Of a stretch of 64,000 bases of DNA, positions 1-9,453 are shown piece by piece. The stretch's first letter is position 1; the number at the start of each line of letters is the position of its first letter. Under the pieces are notes generated by a model that was not told the DNA's origin, searched no databases, and saw nothing but the letters and a program-made list of their open reading frames with translations. A program made the translations under genes and the position numbers. Origin of the DNA: a virus; the IMG/VR virus record IMGVR_UViG_3300033567_000021. The stretch is one strand, 5' to 3'.

Positions 1-1
1 C

Positions 2-604
2 CGAGATCGACGTAACCAAATTGAACACTTTGGATTCGTGGATTCCGCCGAAGCAATCAAATCATCCGCCTCGAAGGCATTGAATTTTCTGTATGACTTT
101 ATCCATAGAGAATTACATCCCTCAGATGACCTTTTCGAACAATTAGACGAAATGCTTAAATACCTTCGTGATTTTGAGCACTTCGTCAATGACCGTATGA
201 TAATCGTTCAGAGGGAAGTTGCCGACTCGTATTCCCCAGTTATGATGTGTCCCAAATGCAGACAATCTGCAATCACCATTGATGCTAATACAGCCTTTTG
301 CCACTTTTGTATGTATACAGCTTCAGGTGAAGAAGCAGCCAATGAGTATGTGGAAGAAGTTCTGAATATTAGTTCGTACGAAGCTGCTCAGGATGGTTGC
401 GACTGGCCGGTGTATGATTGTCCGGAATGCGGTAGAGATTCACTGGTTCATAATGATAATGAATTCACATGTTTTTCTTGCGGATCAAATTGGGAATTCC
501 CGAATATGCGGTTCTGTGAATCATGTCGTTCTCCTTTTTCAACGAATTTCGATAAACATGATTTTATGTGTTCCGCATGCTGGGAAATTAAGATCCAACA
601 ATAA
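2..604 (+). CDS. 3' part of HEPN/zinc-ribbon protein (truncated by window edge; full copy 54081-55013)
   Basis: Identical to the C-terminal part of 54081-55013. Confidence 0.85.
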   Translation, partial: RDRRNQIEHFGFVDSAEAIKSSASKALNFLYDFIHRELHPSDDLFEQLDEMLKYLRDFEHFVNDRMIIVQREVADSYSPVMMCPKCRQSAITIDANTAFCHFCMYTASGEEAANEYVEEVLNISSYEAAQDGCDWPVYDCPECGRDSLVHNDNEFTCFSCGSNWEFPNMRFCESCRSPFSTNFDKHDFMCSACWEIKIQQ

Positions 605-707
605 TTTTAACGACCGCCACAAGGACCAAGCGTAACGTGATTCAATACAGTGGTAGATTACATTCGGTACGAGGCAACATGAAGCTTTGAATAATCGAGG
701 TGACCAT

Positions 708-935
708 ATGTTCGAAGGGGTTTCGGATTCACAGCTCGAATCGTGGTTCGACGAATACGAGGAACTTGCTCGGAAACTGCACCAGACCGCTGCTGAGGTC
801 GCGAATAGCGGAGTGCCAAACGCGATGCTTGCGTTTAGAAAGCTGAATGAAGAAGCTGGCGAATGGAGTACGAAGGCGGGTGCCATTGTCGAAGAGATGC
901 GCAGACGGGGACACAAGCTGTTTCCAAATGGATAA
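708..935 (+). CDS. Small acidic helical hypothetical protein
   Basis: RBS GAGGTG before ATG 708; 75 aa. Confidence 0.65.
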   Translation: MFEGVSDSQLESWFDEYEELARKLHQTAAEVANSGVPNAMLAFRKLNEEAGEWSTKAGAIVEEMRRRGHKLFPNG

Positions 936-990
936 CACATATGAAAATAATAAAATACATTATTCACAAAATTGAAGATTACTCAGGCGG

Positions 991-1449
991 TTAATAAAAA
1001 CTCACTTGAACTATTACATATGACCAATTTTGTATTCCTGTGAAGGAAGCTGCTTGAAATACTTGTTGGTCTGACGGGTTCAAATTCATAGATTCAAACG
1101 AGTTATATGTTTCAGTACCCAATACTCCCTCGTTGGAACCTTCAAAAATAAGTTTTATTGTTTGCACAGAGTGCTTCTTATTATCAGCATTGGATATTAG
1201 ACCATTAGTAATTCTGTCTGATGTTTGATTCATATTCGATATATAAAAATCCGGTAATTTAATGCCCGTTTCAAACTGAGCAATGTCCAACTTGTCCGAC
1301 TCTGTATGGAGTGAAGGAACTGCTGTAGCGGCCTGACTTTGGTTTTTTTCTGGTTGCGCGTTTTTGGAATACAAGTATCCTCCAACACCTCCAAGTCCTA
1401 GAACAATGATTCCAGCTAACAAGCTGATTGCAATTGTCGTACCCTTCAT
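991..1449 (-). CDS. Membrane-anchored exported protein (moron)
   Basis: N-terminal hydrophobic helix (IAISLLAGIIVLGLGGVGGYLY); RBS GGAGG; TATAAT at 1467-1472 on minus strand; AT-rich. Confidence 0.75.
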   Translation of the reverse strand: MKGTTIAISLLAGIIVLGLGGVGGYLYSKNAQPEKNQSQAATAVPSLHTESDKLDIAQFETGIKLPDFYISNMNQTSDRITNGLISNADNKKHSVQTIKLIFEGSNEGVLGTETYNSFESMNLNPSDQQVFQAASFTGIQNWSYVIVQVSFY

Positions 1450-1575
1450 ATTTTATCCTCCAACACATTATATTGAAGGAAATTGTATACTAAAGAGGCA
1501 ATAAAATCGACATATTTTTAATACCCTGCATGATTTGCAAAATATCGCTAATCGCTGGGGGTCGTTCTATTAATA

Positions 1576-1601
1576 AACGGACATCCCATAGGATGCCCGT
1601 T
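1576..1601 (-). terminator. Hairpin downstream of 1623-2132
   Basis: aacggacatcc-cata-ggatgcccgtt inverted repeat, AT-rich flank. Confidence 0.55.
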
Positions 1602-1622
1602 GCGACGAATATATAAGTTAAA

Positions 1623-2132
1623 TTATTTCACGCCGAGGCCATGCTGAACAGCTATGACATCTGAATTGTGGTCTATCCATACTTGAATGAAGTCATCTTG
1701 TCCTGTACCAACGGCCTTAACAAGAAAATATTGTCCATTTGAACCGGTTCTACCTGGAATAAGTTGTTCAATTGCCTTCCAATTCAAATCTCCGGCGCCC
1801 GCCCAATTTGTAGTTGGACCAAAATATTGCCCGACATGAATATTATTAAACTCAGTCAATGTTAGCTGTTCGACAACCGGTACTGGTTGCGACATATAGT
1901 AAGTGAATAATGTCTCTCCGAGGACGTCCGAAGAACTTGTATCAGGAAGTATACCTTTCGTAATTACAATTGGTTCAACCTTATCCCCAGAAACAACCTC
2001 AAGTTGTGTAACCTTTTTCTGCAACAGAGTCTGTAACGCGTCGATTACGTGGTTGGAGTTAAAAGCAAATACAGTTGCTCCAGATAGCGCTGTTGTTATC
2101 AAAGCGGAAACGAATACCCTCTTCATTTCCAA
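1623..2132 (-). CDS. Secreted hypothetical protein (moron)
   Basis: Signal-peptide-like N-terminus MKRVFVSALITTALSGATVFA; AT-rich. Confidence 0.75.
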   Translation of the reverse strand: MEMKRVFVSALITTALSGATVFAFNSNHVIDALQTLLQKKVTQLEVVSGDKVEPIVITKGILPDTSSSDVLGETLFTYYMSQPVPVVEQLTLTEFNNIHVGQYFGPTTNWAGAGDLNWKAIEQLIPGRTGSNGQYFLVKAVGTGQDDFIQVWIDHNSDVIAVQHGLGVK

Positions 2133-2220
2133 TCAAATACCCCCTTCACTCTGAATCCAATAATTGCACAAAAAAGCTTTAGAATATGTCGAAGCATGGA
2201 ATGATAATATGTAAATTCGA

Positions 2221-2245
2221 ACCCCCAACCGTATGGTTGAGGGGT
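2221..2245 (-). terminator. Hairpin ending the lysis cassette
   Basis: acccccaacc-gtat-ggttgaggggt 16 bp past the stop of 2261-2776. Confidence 0.55.
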
Positions 2246-2260
2246 GTTTAACGTTTGCTG

Positions 2261-2776
2261 TTACGCTGTAGCCATTGTTTGTGCTGTGGCAGCCGCAGCA
2301 ATATCCGCCGCAAACTGGTTAGCTGACACAATGTACGGCACCTGTGCAACAACTTCCGATGCCTTCTGCACAGCGTCCAACGCCTGTGTAATCTCCATTT
2401 TCGTTACGTGCCACTCTGTCGGAACCAGTGTCGATATGTGCAGCGTAAGTGCCTCAACTTGCCCTGGCGTGAGTTCCGACAACGACTTACCCATCGCTAG
2501 CAATCCCTGCGCCGCATACTGGCCGAGCGTGGTTTTGCGTATGTCGGTCAGTGCTGAATCCAGCTGACTCTGGAGGTGTACCTCTGCAACTTTTGCAGCT
2601 GGTGAACTTACGAGGTCCGTCACCAGTGTTTCCGCTCCTTTTGTGATTTCACCAACGTGTGCCCCGAGAAACGTGGCAACCTTCTGCAGCAATCCTTTGT
2701 GCGTGAGATACGCCGCGAGTGAGCCTACGCCTGCAGATACTACAGCACCAATGCCGTCTACGATAACTGTGTTCAT
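2261..2776 (-). CDS. Putative holin (single N-terminal TM, LL-H-like layout)
   Basis: Directly after endolysin; N-terminal hydrophobic segment then helical soluble domain. Confidence 0.5.
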   Translation of the reverse strand: MNTVIVDGIGAVVSAGVGSLAAYLTHKGLLQKVATFLGAHVGEITKGAETLVTDLVSSPAAKVAEVHLQSQLDSALTDIRKTTLGQYAAQGLLAMGKSLSELTPGQVEALTLHISTLVPTEWHVTKMEITQALDAVQKASEVVAQVPYIVSANQFAADIAAAATAQTMATA

Positions 2777-2791
2777 TGATAATAGCCTCCC

Positions 2792-3490
2792 TTATGATTG
2801 GAGCAATTTAATTGCGTCCTGCATCTTCGCGACAGCCAACGGGATGTTCGCGTTCGTCGGTTGTGTCGCTGGATCCGTCACAGTAAACTGCCACTCACCG
2901 CTAATGTTTTCTTTTTTGAATCCCGATAAAGATTCTAAATCCGTCCACAGAACGTACGTGTCATTGCCTTCTACCACTGCCGCGAATTCCTTCCCGTTAA
3001 CTTTAACTTTAGTTTGTTGCAAGTTATCTACCTCCCTTGCTTGTTGGTCATATTGCGCCAAGTTGTATTGCTGAATAATACTAAGCAACACCGCGGCGTA
3101 ATTGGGATCCGTTGCGTAGTGGTCTGTTCCGCCGATGAGTTGGCACGATGTCTTGTAATCAGCGCCAATGAGATTGAGATAGCGCGGTTGCAATAAGAAA
3201 CCATCATGGTCCTCTAAGCATGCTTGGATGGAAGGGTAGGCGCGGAACGCAGCGGAAATCGTAATCCATTGACCGTTTACATACTCTTTGGTCAACTGCA
3301 TAGTGGCTGGACCACGCCAGCTTTCGTCGGCCTTAATCCCAAAGATGTTGTTACCCATCGCCAATGCGGTCTTACCCCACCCACTCTCGAGGGCACCCTG
3401 GGCAATTATGAGCGCAGCGCTGATTTTGTGAGCACGCATAAAAGCCACCGCCGAGGGGGCGATGGCCGCAATGAACTGCTGTGGTGTCAC
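2792..3490 (-). CDS. Endolysin, GH73 glucosaminidase (FlgJ-like)
   Basis: Motifs IAQGALESGWG, NNIFGIKA, FRAYPS, YATDPNY; GTG start with RBS GAGGAGG. Confidence 0.9.
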   Translation of the reverse strand: MTPQQFIAAIAPSAVAFMRAHKISAALIIAQGALESGWGKTALAMGNNIFGIKADESWRGPATMQLTKEYVNGQWITISAAFRAYPSIQACLEDHDGFLLQPRYLNLIGADYKTSCQLIGGTDHYATDPNYAAVLLSIIQQYNLAQYDQQAREVDNLQQTKVKVNGKEFAAVVEGNDTYVLWTDLESLSGFKKENISGEWQFTVTDPATQPTNANIPLAVAKMQDAIKLLQS

Positions 3491-3510
3491 CGGAATTTCC
3501 TCCTCACGCT

Positions 3511-4056
3511 TTATTGCTTCACGTCATTGCCTAATTGATAACGCTGATCATTCGCCAATATCCACGTCCATGACTGCTCGAATATCCCGTCAAGGTACGC
3601 GGCATAATCAGGCCAATCCGAAAATGTAACGGTGTTGATTTGTTTGAAAGCAGACGGACTGTAATTCAGACTGCCATCCTCAACGAACCGGCTATCAATC
3701 CACGTTGCTTTGATGTGGATGATTTGACCCGCTTCCGGACTTGTCCCAATAACAAAATCCTCGCCATCCTTCCAGCCAGCAACTATTAGTCGTTGAATCT
3801 GTGGATGCTCTGCGTGTCCCGCTGATTGCGTGTGGTCGAATATCACCTTGATGTCGATTCCGCGTGCTTTGGCGGCTATCAGGGCATCAAAAAATAACGC
3901 CAGTGTGGCCCCGTAGATCATGGTCCGCATTTTCGTTTTTGCAGTTCCGAGGAACGCCGAAAAAGCCTTGATGCCGTCTGCATAAGGTGTAACAAGACGT
4001 GTTTGTTCGGGCGTTCCCTTGATGACTCCGAGCGCACCTAATATTTCTTGCATCAA
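3511..4056 (-). CDS. Phospholipase D-superfamily protein with single HKD motif (Nuc-like)
   Basis: HIKATWID (HxKxxxxD) followed by GSLNYS. Confidence 0.85.
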   Translation of the reverse strand: MMQEILGALGVIKGTPEQTRLVTPYADGIKAFSAFLGTAKTKMRTMIYGATLALFFDALIAAKARGIDIKVIFDHTQSAGHAEHPQIQRLIVAGWKDGEDFVIGTSPEAGQIIHIKATWIDSRFVEDGSLNYSPSAFKQINTVTFSDWPDYAAYLDGIFEQSWTWILANDQRYQLGNDVKQ

Positions 4057-4457
4057 AACAACCTCCGTTTCTCTGGATGCGTAAGCAATTCGAGTGCACC
4101 AAGCAACTGTCGATGCCGTTGTTCAGCTTGTGCATGTAATTCTTTGACCTGCGCCAATTCTTCAACCAACACCGCTTGCATGTTGCGTACCGCCTCAAAC
4201 TCCCCAAGAACGGCATCGTGCGTCTCTGTCAGAACCTTATTTGTTCGGTCTCCCTGTTGGTTGCTCACGAAGGCAAGCACAGGCAGTGCAACACCTTGAA
4301 AAAATATCGACACAACGAAAAGCACCCATCCTTGCGCGCCCGTGGGACGCTGTAAGACGAGTGCTAACAGGATAAGAAGTGTCAATACCCAGAACACCCA
4401 CATCGAAGACAACATGAGCGACATGCGCCCTGCCAACCAATCATTGAAACGCCTCAT
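4053..4457 (-). CDS. Two-TM membrane protein with C-terminal coiled coil (DUF1003-like; holin/antiholin candidate)
   Basis: Two hydrophobic helices then LAFVSNQQG and heptad-rich tail; in lysis cassette. Confidence 0.6.
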   Translation of the reverse strand: MRRFNDWLAGRMSLMLSSMWVFWVLTLLILLALVLQRPTGAQGWVLFVVSIFFQGVALPVLAFVSNQQGDRTNKVLTETHDAVLGEFEAVRNMQAVLVEELAQVKELHAQAEQRHRQLLGALELLTHPEKRRLF

Positions 4458-4461
4458 CCCA

Positions 4462-4818
4462 TCATCCCTTCACGTGCCCTGTAAGTACATACGTGATGAG
4501 TCCCACAATCAGCGCACCGCCTCCGGTGAATGTCATTGTGACACCCCACGTTGGACGCGATAGCCATTTTTCGCGCAGTTCGATGATGTCGCCGGAATTC
4601 TTGCGAATCGCCAATTCCAATTCGTCCACTTGTTTTGCGTGTAACTCCGATTGCTTTTCGATTTCTTCGCGCGGAACATAGTCCTTGTGCATATTCCCGA
4701 TGCTTGTGAGGAACGCCGCGATACTGTTTTTCACTTCGGCCATATCGCGTCCGATGCCGGATATCTGTTCCTCCAATCGTACCAACCTTTCTCCGTCCAA
4801 ACTTTTTGTCGCCTCCAA
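4462..4818 (-). CDS. XhlA/hemolysin-like holin accessory
   Basis: ERLVRLEEQ coiled-coil N-terminus, single C-terminal TM; lysis cassette. Confidence 0.55.
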   Translation of the reverse strand: MEATKSLDGERLVRLEEQISGIGRDMAEVKNSIAAFLTSIGNMHKDYVPREEIEKQSELHAKQVDELELAIRKNSGDIIELREKWLSRPTWGVTMTFTGGGALIVGLITYVLTGHVKG

Positions 4819-4843
4819 TTGGTTGCCCCCTTACCCCATGTTG

Positions 4844-5362
4844 CTAACGGATTTTTACCTCGTATTTTTCGACACCATGGTAAACGTCCTGTGGTGTAGG
4901 TGGCGGCCACGGCAGAACACCATTGAAACCTCCGCGAATCATTATGGATGTTGTGAGTGGTGAACAGTAAGGCCAGTGCTTATTTGCCCACGCGACGAAC
5001 CACCGTGGCAGGTGCACTTGTTGCCGCGATACGATACGAAGGATTTGGTCGATTATCCCGATCCAACCGTACAATCTGCCGACTTGCGTTTTTCTCGCCC
5101 AATCGAGAGCGGCCGGCAACTTTTTGCGGTCGTAGGGTGGCCGGAACGTGACGAAATTGCCGTAGTCGATGGGCTTGATTTCGGTGTGCTTGCCATCCGC
5201 TTCGATTTTGTAGAACGGGTCCAGCGCGATGGCTGAGTGGTGGAACTCCCGGTCTTCCGGACCATCCTCGAGAACCTCGCCTGCGTCAATGGCGCGCGAA
5301 GTGAAACTGGTGCTACGGTCATACAAAAGGACGTCACCCGGCTGACAGTAAAACTGTTTCAT
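4844..5362 (-). CDS. Permuted papain-like (NlpC/P60, YiiX/YaeF-type) amidase
   Basis: QPGDVLLY, HHSAIAL..IEA, YCSPL (His before Cys); ATG 5362 with RBS GGAGGTG. Confidence 0.75.
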   Translation of the reverse strand: MKQFYCQPGDVLLYDRSTSFTSRAIDAGEVLEDGPEDREFHHSAIALDPFYKIEADGKHTEIKPIDYGNFVTFRPPYDRKKLPAALDWARKTQVGRLYGWIGIIDQILRIVSRQQVHLPRWFVAWANKHWPYCSPLTTSIMIRGGFNGVLPWPPPTPQDVYHGVEKYEVKIR

Positions 5363-5385
5363 GGTTACACCTCCGATTTTGGGCA

Positions 5386-5410
5386 TAAAAATAGCGCCTC
5401 AATGGGCGCT
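5386..5410 (-). terminator. Hairpin + T-tract after HEPN moron
   Basis: Minus strand agcgcc-cattga-ggcgct-ATTTTTATGCCC. Confidence 0.65.
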
Positions 5411-5459
5411 GTATCTATTAGTCCAGTCTCTCAGTTGGTGGAACGCTAAGACAGAAAAA

Positions 5460-5963
5460 TTACATCCAGTCCGGTTCCAGAATTTTGATTCGTGCTCTTA
5501 ATGCGTGAATGAGGGGACCAGACGTGGGAAATCCGGTGAATTTCTTTTGATAACTGTATCGCCACTTCTTAAATGCTTCGCTAGTTTCCTGAAGAACACT
5601 AACGAGGTCGAGTTTAGTATCCGGAACTTTTTCTAGTAAAGTTTTGACCACAGGGTCTTGCTGAGCAGACAAATCATAGATCATTGTAACGACTACCCTA
5701 CTTTCCTCACTGAGTAATGCAAACAGTTCAGCCAATCCATGCGTGAATGGGGCGGGTTTCCCATTCTCTATCATGTAGATACATTTCAAAAACAGCTCAA
5801 TTGCAAAGGAAGACAAGGTGATAAACGGAGCGATGTACATACCTATATCGTTTGTCTGCTTCAGTTTTTCAACTACAGCCTGCGACGCGGCTTCGAAGCT
5901 ATTTGCTGTGTCCAAAATATCTTTCGCCGTATAATCCATTTTTCGCGTGACCCCCACAATCAA
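5460..5963 (-). CDS. HEPN-domain protein (moron)
   Basis: SFAIELFLKC...THGLAELF...FKKWRYSY pattern typical of HEPN; lower GC than flanks. Confidence 0.65.
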   Translation of the reverse strand: MIVGVTRKMDYTAKDILDTANSFEAASQAVVEKLKQTNDIGMYIAPFITLSSFAIELFLKCIYMIENGKPAPFTHGLAELFALLSEESRVVVTMIYDLSAQQDPVVKTLLEKVPDTKLDLVSVLQETSEAFKKWRYSYQKKFTGFPTSGPLIHALRARIKILEPDWM

Positions 5964-6020
5964 TCGTAATATTGCTATTTTACTCCTTTCAAATTTTTTA
6001 GGGTCCGCGTGTAAAAAGTC

Positions 6021-6899
6021 TTACATCAGTTCCGGGATTGATTGCAAATCTGCCATGTACTGCTCGTAAGCCTTAAACGACTTCGCAAGGTCTGCCGCGT
6101 AATCTTGGTACTGTAGTTGCTTCGCTCCGCCGCTCGGATAAGCGTTGGCCAACGTCGTGTACAGGTTTGGCAACACGTTCGCCTTGATGTCCGCGACAGC
6201 GTTCTGTTGATTCGCCGTCAGCGTGGCGGTTGAAGCAGGAAGTAGTACATTGAAAACAACGTCCGTCAACAGGCTGACCGCCGTTCCGATGTCGGCTAGT
6301 AATGCTTGTAATGTAGCGGGTGATAGCGCGTAGAACGATGCGAGAAACGTCTTGCTTCCTGGACCCGTCGGCGCAACTGTAGGCGCGCCACCTGGGGGCG
6401 TGTAGACTTGCAAGGCGACTGATGATTGAGTATTGCCGCCGATTGATACTGGTCGGCTTGTAGCGCATCCCGTTGCACCGGCTGTGACGTGAATAGTTGC
6501 GTTTACGAGACTGGCGTGGACGCCGACCGTTAGCGTCGCTGTGAATGGCGCGATCGTTGTCAGTGCAACCGTTTCAGTCGTTCCGTTGATCGTTATCGTT
6601 GCATTTGTCGGAGGCGTCGCTGACGGATTGTTCAGCGTTGCCGTAACCACCCATTGATTCGTCACGGTCGTTGATTCTACCGCCGCTACCGTAAAGTATG
6701 GCTGCTCAACTAATGCCGCCGGCGACCCCTGCGCGAGATAGCGCTCTGGGTACGTGTAAGCCATGACGACCGTTGGCGATGCTGTTGATTGGTCATACGG
6801 TCCAAGGACACCCATTTCAGAAACTTGTGGGGCTTGCTCTCCGATCGGCGCTGGGTAAACAGTGCCGTTTGTTTTGTCATAAGTGAACCAGTAGTTCAT
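6021..6899 (-). CDS. Tail fibre-associated protein
   Basis: Follows fibre genes; Thr/Ala-rich beta-type N-terminal part and helical C-terminus. Confidence 0.5.
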   Translation of the reverse strand: MNYWFTYDKTNGTVYPAPIGEQAPQVSEMGVLGPYDQSTASPTVVMAYTYPERYLAQGSPAALVEQPYFTVAAVESTTVTNQWVVTATLNNPSATPPTNATITINGTTETVALTTIAPFTATLTVGVHASLVNATIHVTAGATGCATSRPVSIGGNTQSSVALQVYTPPGGAPTVAPTGPGSKTFLASFYALSPATLQALLADIGTAVSLLTDVVFNVLLPASTATLTANQQNAVADIKANVLPNLYTTLANAYPSGGAKQLQYQDYAADLAKSFKAYEQYMADLQSIPELM

Positions 6900-6920
6900 A
6901 TCGTTATACCTCCTTGTTTT

Positions 6921-7655
6921 TTACCACCATATCTGACAGTATCCATCTGCGCCTTTGCCGCCAGTTCCGTTAAGGGGGCCACCTGTGCCTCCTGCACCTT
7001 TTGTTCCGCTTCCTCCTGACGCAAAGAAAGAATCACCAGACCCGCTAATGTAATAGGTTGAAGATTCATACCCGTCGGTATTTTCACCGCTTGCGACAAA
7101 CACGCCGCCACTATGCCCCCCGGTCTGCTGTGGTGCAGAATACCCAGGACCACCACCAACGCCTCCGTTCCCTGTTAGTGTCGCAGAATTCCCACTAGGC
7201 GAGAATGTGGAATTAGTGCCAGCGCTACCTGACGCGTTAGCCGCCCCAGGCGCTCCGCCAGAACCAAGCGCGATTGTATACTGCGCTCCTGGTGTTACGC
7301 TTAACACCCCGACCGCCGTACCTCCTGGCGCACCCATACGACCGCCGATCGAACTGTTACCGCCACCGCCGCCACCGCCACCACCACATATCGCAGCCAC
7401 AATTTGTGTTACATCTGTGGGAACAGTAAATGTATAAGTTCCTGCTGTGGAGTAGGTTACATTGCCGTGAGGGGTATTCGCCACGCTTCCACCCGCATAG
7501 TACCCAGATGTGATGCTTGCACCGGGGTGCAGTGTCGGGCTACCATTATTCGGCATACTCCCCGAAATTGGACCACTCGACACACTTGCTGTATACCCAC
7601 TTAACAAATCAGCCGCCGTAGCGTTCCCGCTTGCTCCCCCAATTTGGTCAGCCAT
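6921..7655 (-). CDS. Glycine-rich tail fibre / receptor-binding protein
   Basis: GNATAADLLSG fibre-type motif, YTFTVP...CGGGGGGGG Gly-rich domain. Confidence 0.7.
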   Translation of the reverse strand: MADQIGGASGNATAADLLSGYTASVSSGPISGSMPNNGSPTLHPGASITSGYYAGGSVANTPHGNVTYSTAGTYTFTVPTDVTQIVAAICGGGGGGGGGNSSIGGRMGAPGGTAVGVLSVTPGAQYTIALGSGGAPGAANASGSAGTNSTFSPSGNSATLTGNGGVGGGPGYSAPQQTGGHSGGVFVASGENTDGYESSTYYISGSGDSFFASGGSGTKGAGGTGGPLNGTGGKGADGYCQIWW

Positions 7656-9430
7656 TATGCAACACCTACCAATGCGCCTGTGACGTAGACTTGATTTGCT
7701 GTGCCAGCCGTAACCGTTAAAGTGATAGGCGTTCCTGCGACCGCTTCAAAATCGTAGGCGATTACGCCATGACTACCCACCGCAAGGGATTGAGCGTTGA
7801 GTGCAGGCGGCGTATATGGTTGCGCTCCGCCGGAGTCAGCAAAAGCGATTGTCAGAGTGACGGTTGTTGCCGCTGTGACGACACGCAAGTACGATTTGAT
7901 TGAGTACAGACCACTCGTTGTTGGCATGAAAGTGAGTATCGTTTGCGCAGCTGTTGAAGTGACTTCCACATTTTTTGCAGATGTGAGTGTCGCACTCACA
8001 CCGAATGAACCTGCTGTGGTTTGTCCTGCGACTTGTAAGACGGGGTGGGCAAATTGTAACCCGACTACGTTACCGCTCGCATCGGTTTGCCACCCTAAAG
8101 CTAAATCACTAGGCTCCGATGTTTTTCCTGTGCCGAACCATAGATTGTTACCTCCGTCAACATTCGATACGATAAATCGTCCTGGATTTCCCGTGAAATT
8201 TTCCCACTGGCTGTCCGCAGTTGACACCGCTACGGGATTCCCACTTACAGGTGCAACAGAGATTTCTACTGTACCGAGTGCGGTTGTCGTTGCAGCAACT
8301 ACTGGAGGTATAGGCAGATTGACCATTTTGCTTCCATCTACTGCAGTTGCACTGTGAAAAAATCCAACGGTCGTCGGCCTCTCGTCCGTGACTGCAGACA
8401 CATTACCAGAGGCATCTGTTGTAACCTGCGCAATAGGTACATATCCAGTCTGCGTACTATGCGCCGTTCCCCACGATGTTGTTCCGTCCGGATTGTAGTC
8501 TAGGTAGTAAGTGGTAGATGCGGTTGCCGTTGCGAAAGTTGCAGAAGGAAAGGAAATCCTATCGCCACTCGCAAAGTACAGAATTGCCGCCGTGACATCT
8601 AGTTGGGTCGCCGTGGTTGCATCTTTCGTCGCAACTGCACCCGACAGAACAACTGATGTCGAACCGAACACGTCGGATACAACAGGCTTTGTCTGCACCA
8701 CGTTTTTATTCGCGTCAAGTGTTGCCACGCCGTTTGCCGCGCCTTCTGCTGTGGCGAGGATATACGTGTCACTCGGAATGTTTGCGGTGACGCTCGTGGC
8801 GTTTCCGACCGCTGTGTTGATTTGGAATTGCCGTGAAAAGGGACCATCTGCGTAAGGCGGTATCGTATCTCCGTTTGCATTGGCATTGGCGTATGCATAG
8901 AGGATTTCACCTGCTGTAGGGTCCTGAGCAAACAAACCAATTTCACAAGTATAAGTAGACGTCGTTAATTTTGTGTTCTGATACACCCCGCGAATAACTG
9001 CCGTGTTGCTTGTGTCACTGATGGAATTGATATTGAAGTAGTCAATCGGAGAAATGAGCGCGGTTAGGGATGCTTCGTTCTCGGTGATTGCGAGTGAAGT
9101 GCCAACTGTATAATTGGCGTTTGCCGTGAAGGACGCAACAGGAATGGATGTCGCACCTGATGCCGCTTGTGCACTGGCCGTCACGGTTTGCGTTGTAGCC
9201 CCCGATCCAATGACGATTGAACTTCCGCTCAGAACCTCGGCTGACAGCGCGCTCACCGAAAGGCTAGTGTACGTTGCTCCGGAAGTGAGCGCAGCAGATA
9301 GTGTTGCAGATGTTACGAGTTCCCCGCCCCCAATTTGGAAACGTGTGAATTGCAACGCTGTTCCGGTCTGAACTTTACCATATAAGGTTTGTCCAGCTTG
9401 CGTGATGATCATGTTGCCGTAGGTAGCCAA
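7655..9430 (-). CDS. Tail fibre protein with baseplate-anchoring N-terminus
   Basis: N-terminus ITQAGQTL..FTRFQIGGG, EIGLFAQDP..GEILYAY typical of myovirus fibre attachment domains; carries the shared ~70-aa domain. Confidence 0.8.
   Translation of the reverse strand: MATYGNMIITQAGQTLYGKVQTGTALQFTRFQIGGGELVTSATLSAALTSGATYTSLSVSALSAEVLSGSSIVIGSGATTQTVTASAQAASGATSIPVASFTANANYTVGTSLAITENEASLTALISPIDYFNINSISDTSNTAVIRGVYQNTKLTTSTYTCEIGLFAQDPTAGEILYAYANANANGDTIPPYADGPFSRQFQINTAVGNATSVTANIPSDTYILATAEGAANGVATLDANKNVVQTKPVVSDVFGSTSVVLSGAVATKDATTATQLDVTAAILYFASGDRISFPSATFATATASTTYYLDYNPDGTTSWGTAHSTQTGYVPIAQVTTDASGNVSAVTDERPTTVGFFHSATAVDGSKMVNLPIPPVVAATTTALGTVEISVAPVSGNPVAVSTADSQWENFTGNPGRFIVSNVDGGNNLWFGTGKTSEPSDLALGWQTDASGNVVGLQFAHPVLQVAGQTTAGSFGVSATLTSAKNVEVTSTAAQTILTFMPTTSGLYSIKSYLRVVTAATTVTLTIAFADSGGAQPYTPPALNAQSLAVGSHGVIAYDFEAVAGTPITLTVTAGTANQVYVTGALVGVA
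9089..9307 (-). repeat. Shared ~70-aa virion domain, copy 1 (tail fibre aa 42-114)
   Basis: ATLSAALTSGATYTSLSV...SFTANANYTVGT. Confidence 0.9.
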
Positions 9431-9453
9431 TCAACGTACCTCCTTTACTTTCA

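Noticed and set aside
7360-7390. ccgccaccgccgccaccgccaccacc tandem repeat
   Set aside because: Simply encodes the poly-Gly run of the fibre protein.
7797-9371. Long plus-strand ORFs antisense to tail and head genes (here and at e.g. 23245-23889, 38815-39297)
   Set aside because: Shadow frames of Thr/Ala/Val-rich or coiled-coil genes; no RBS or motifs.
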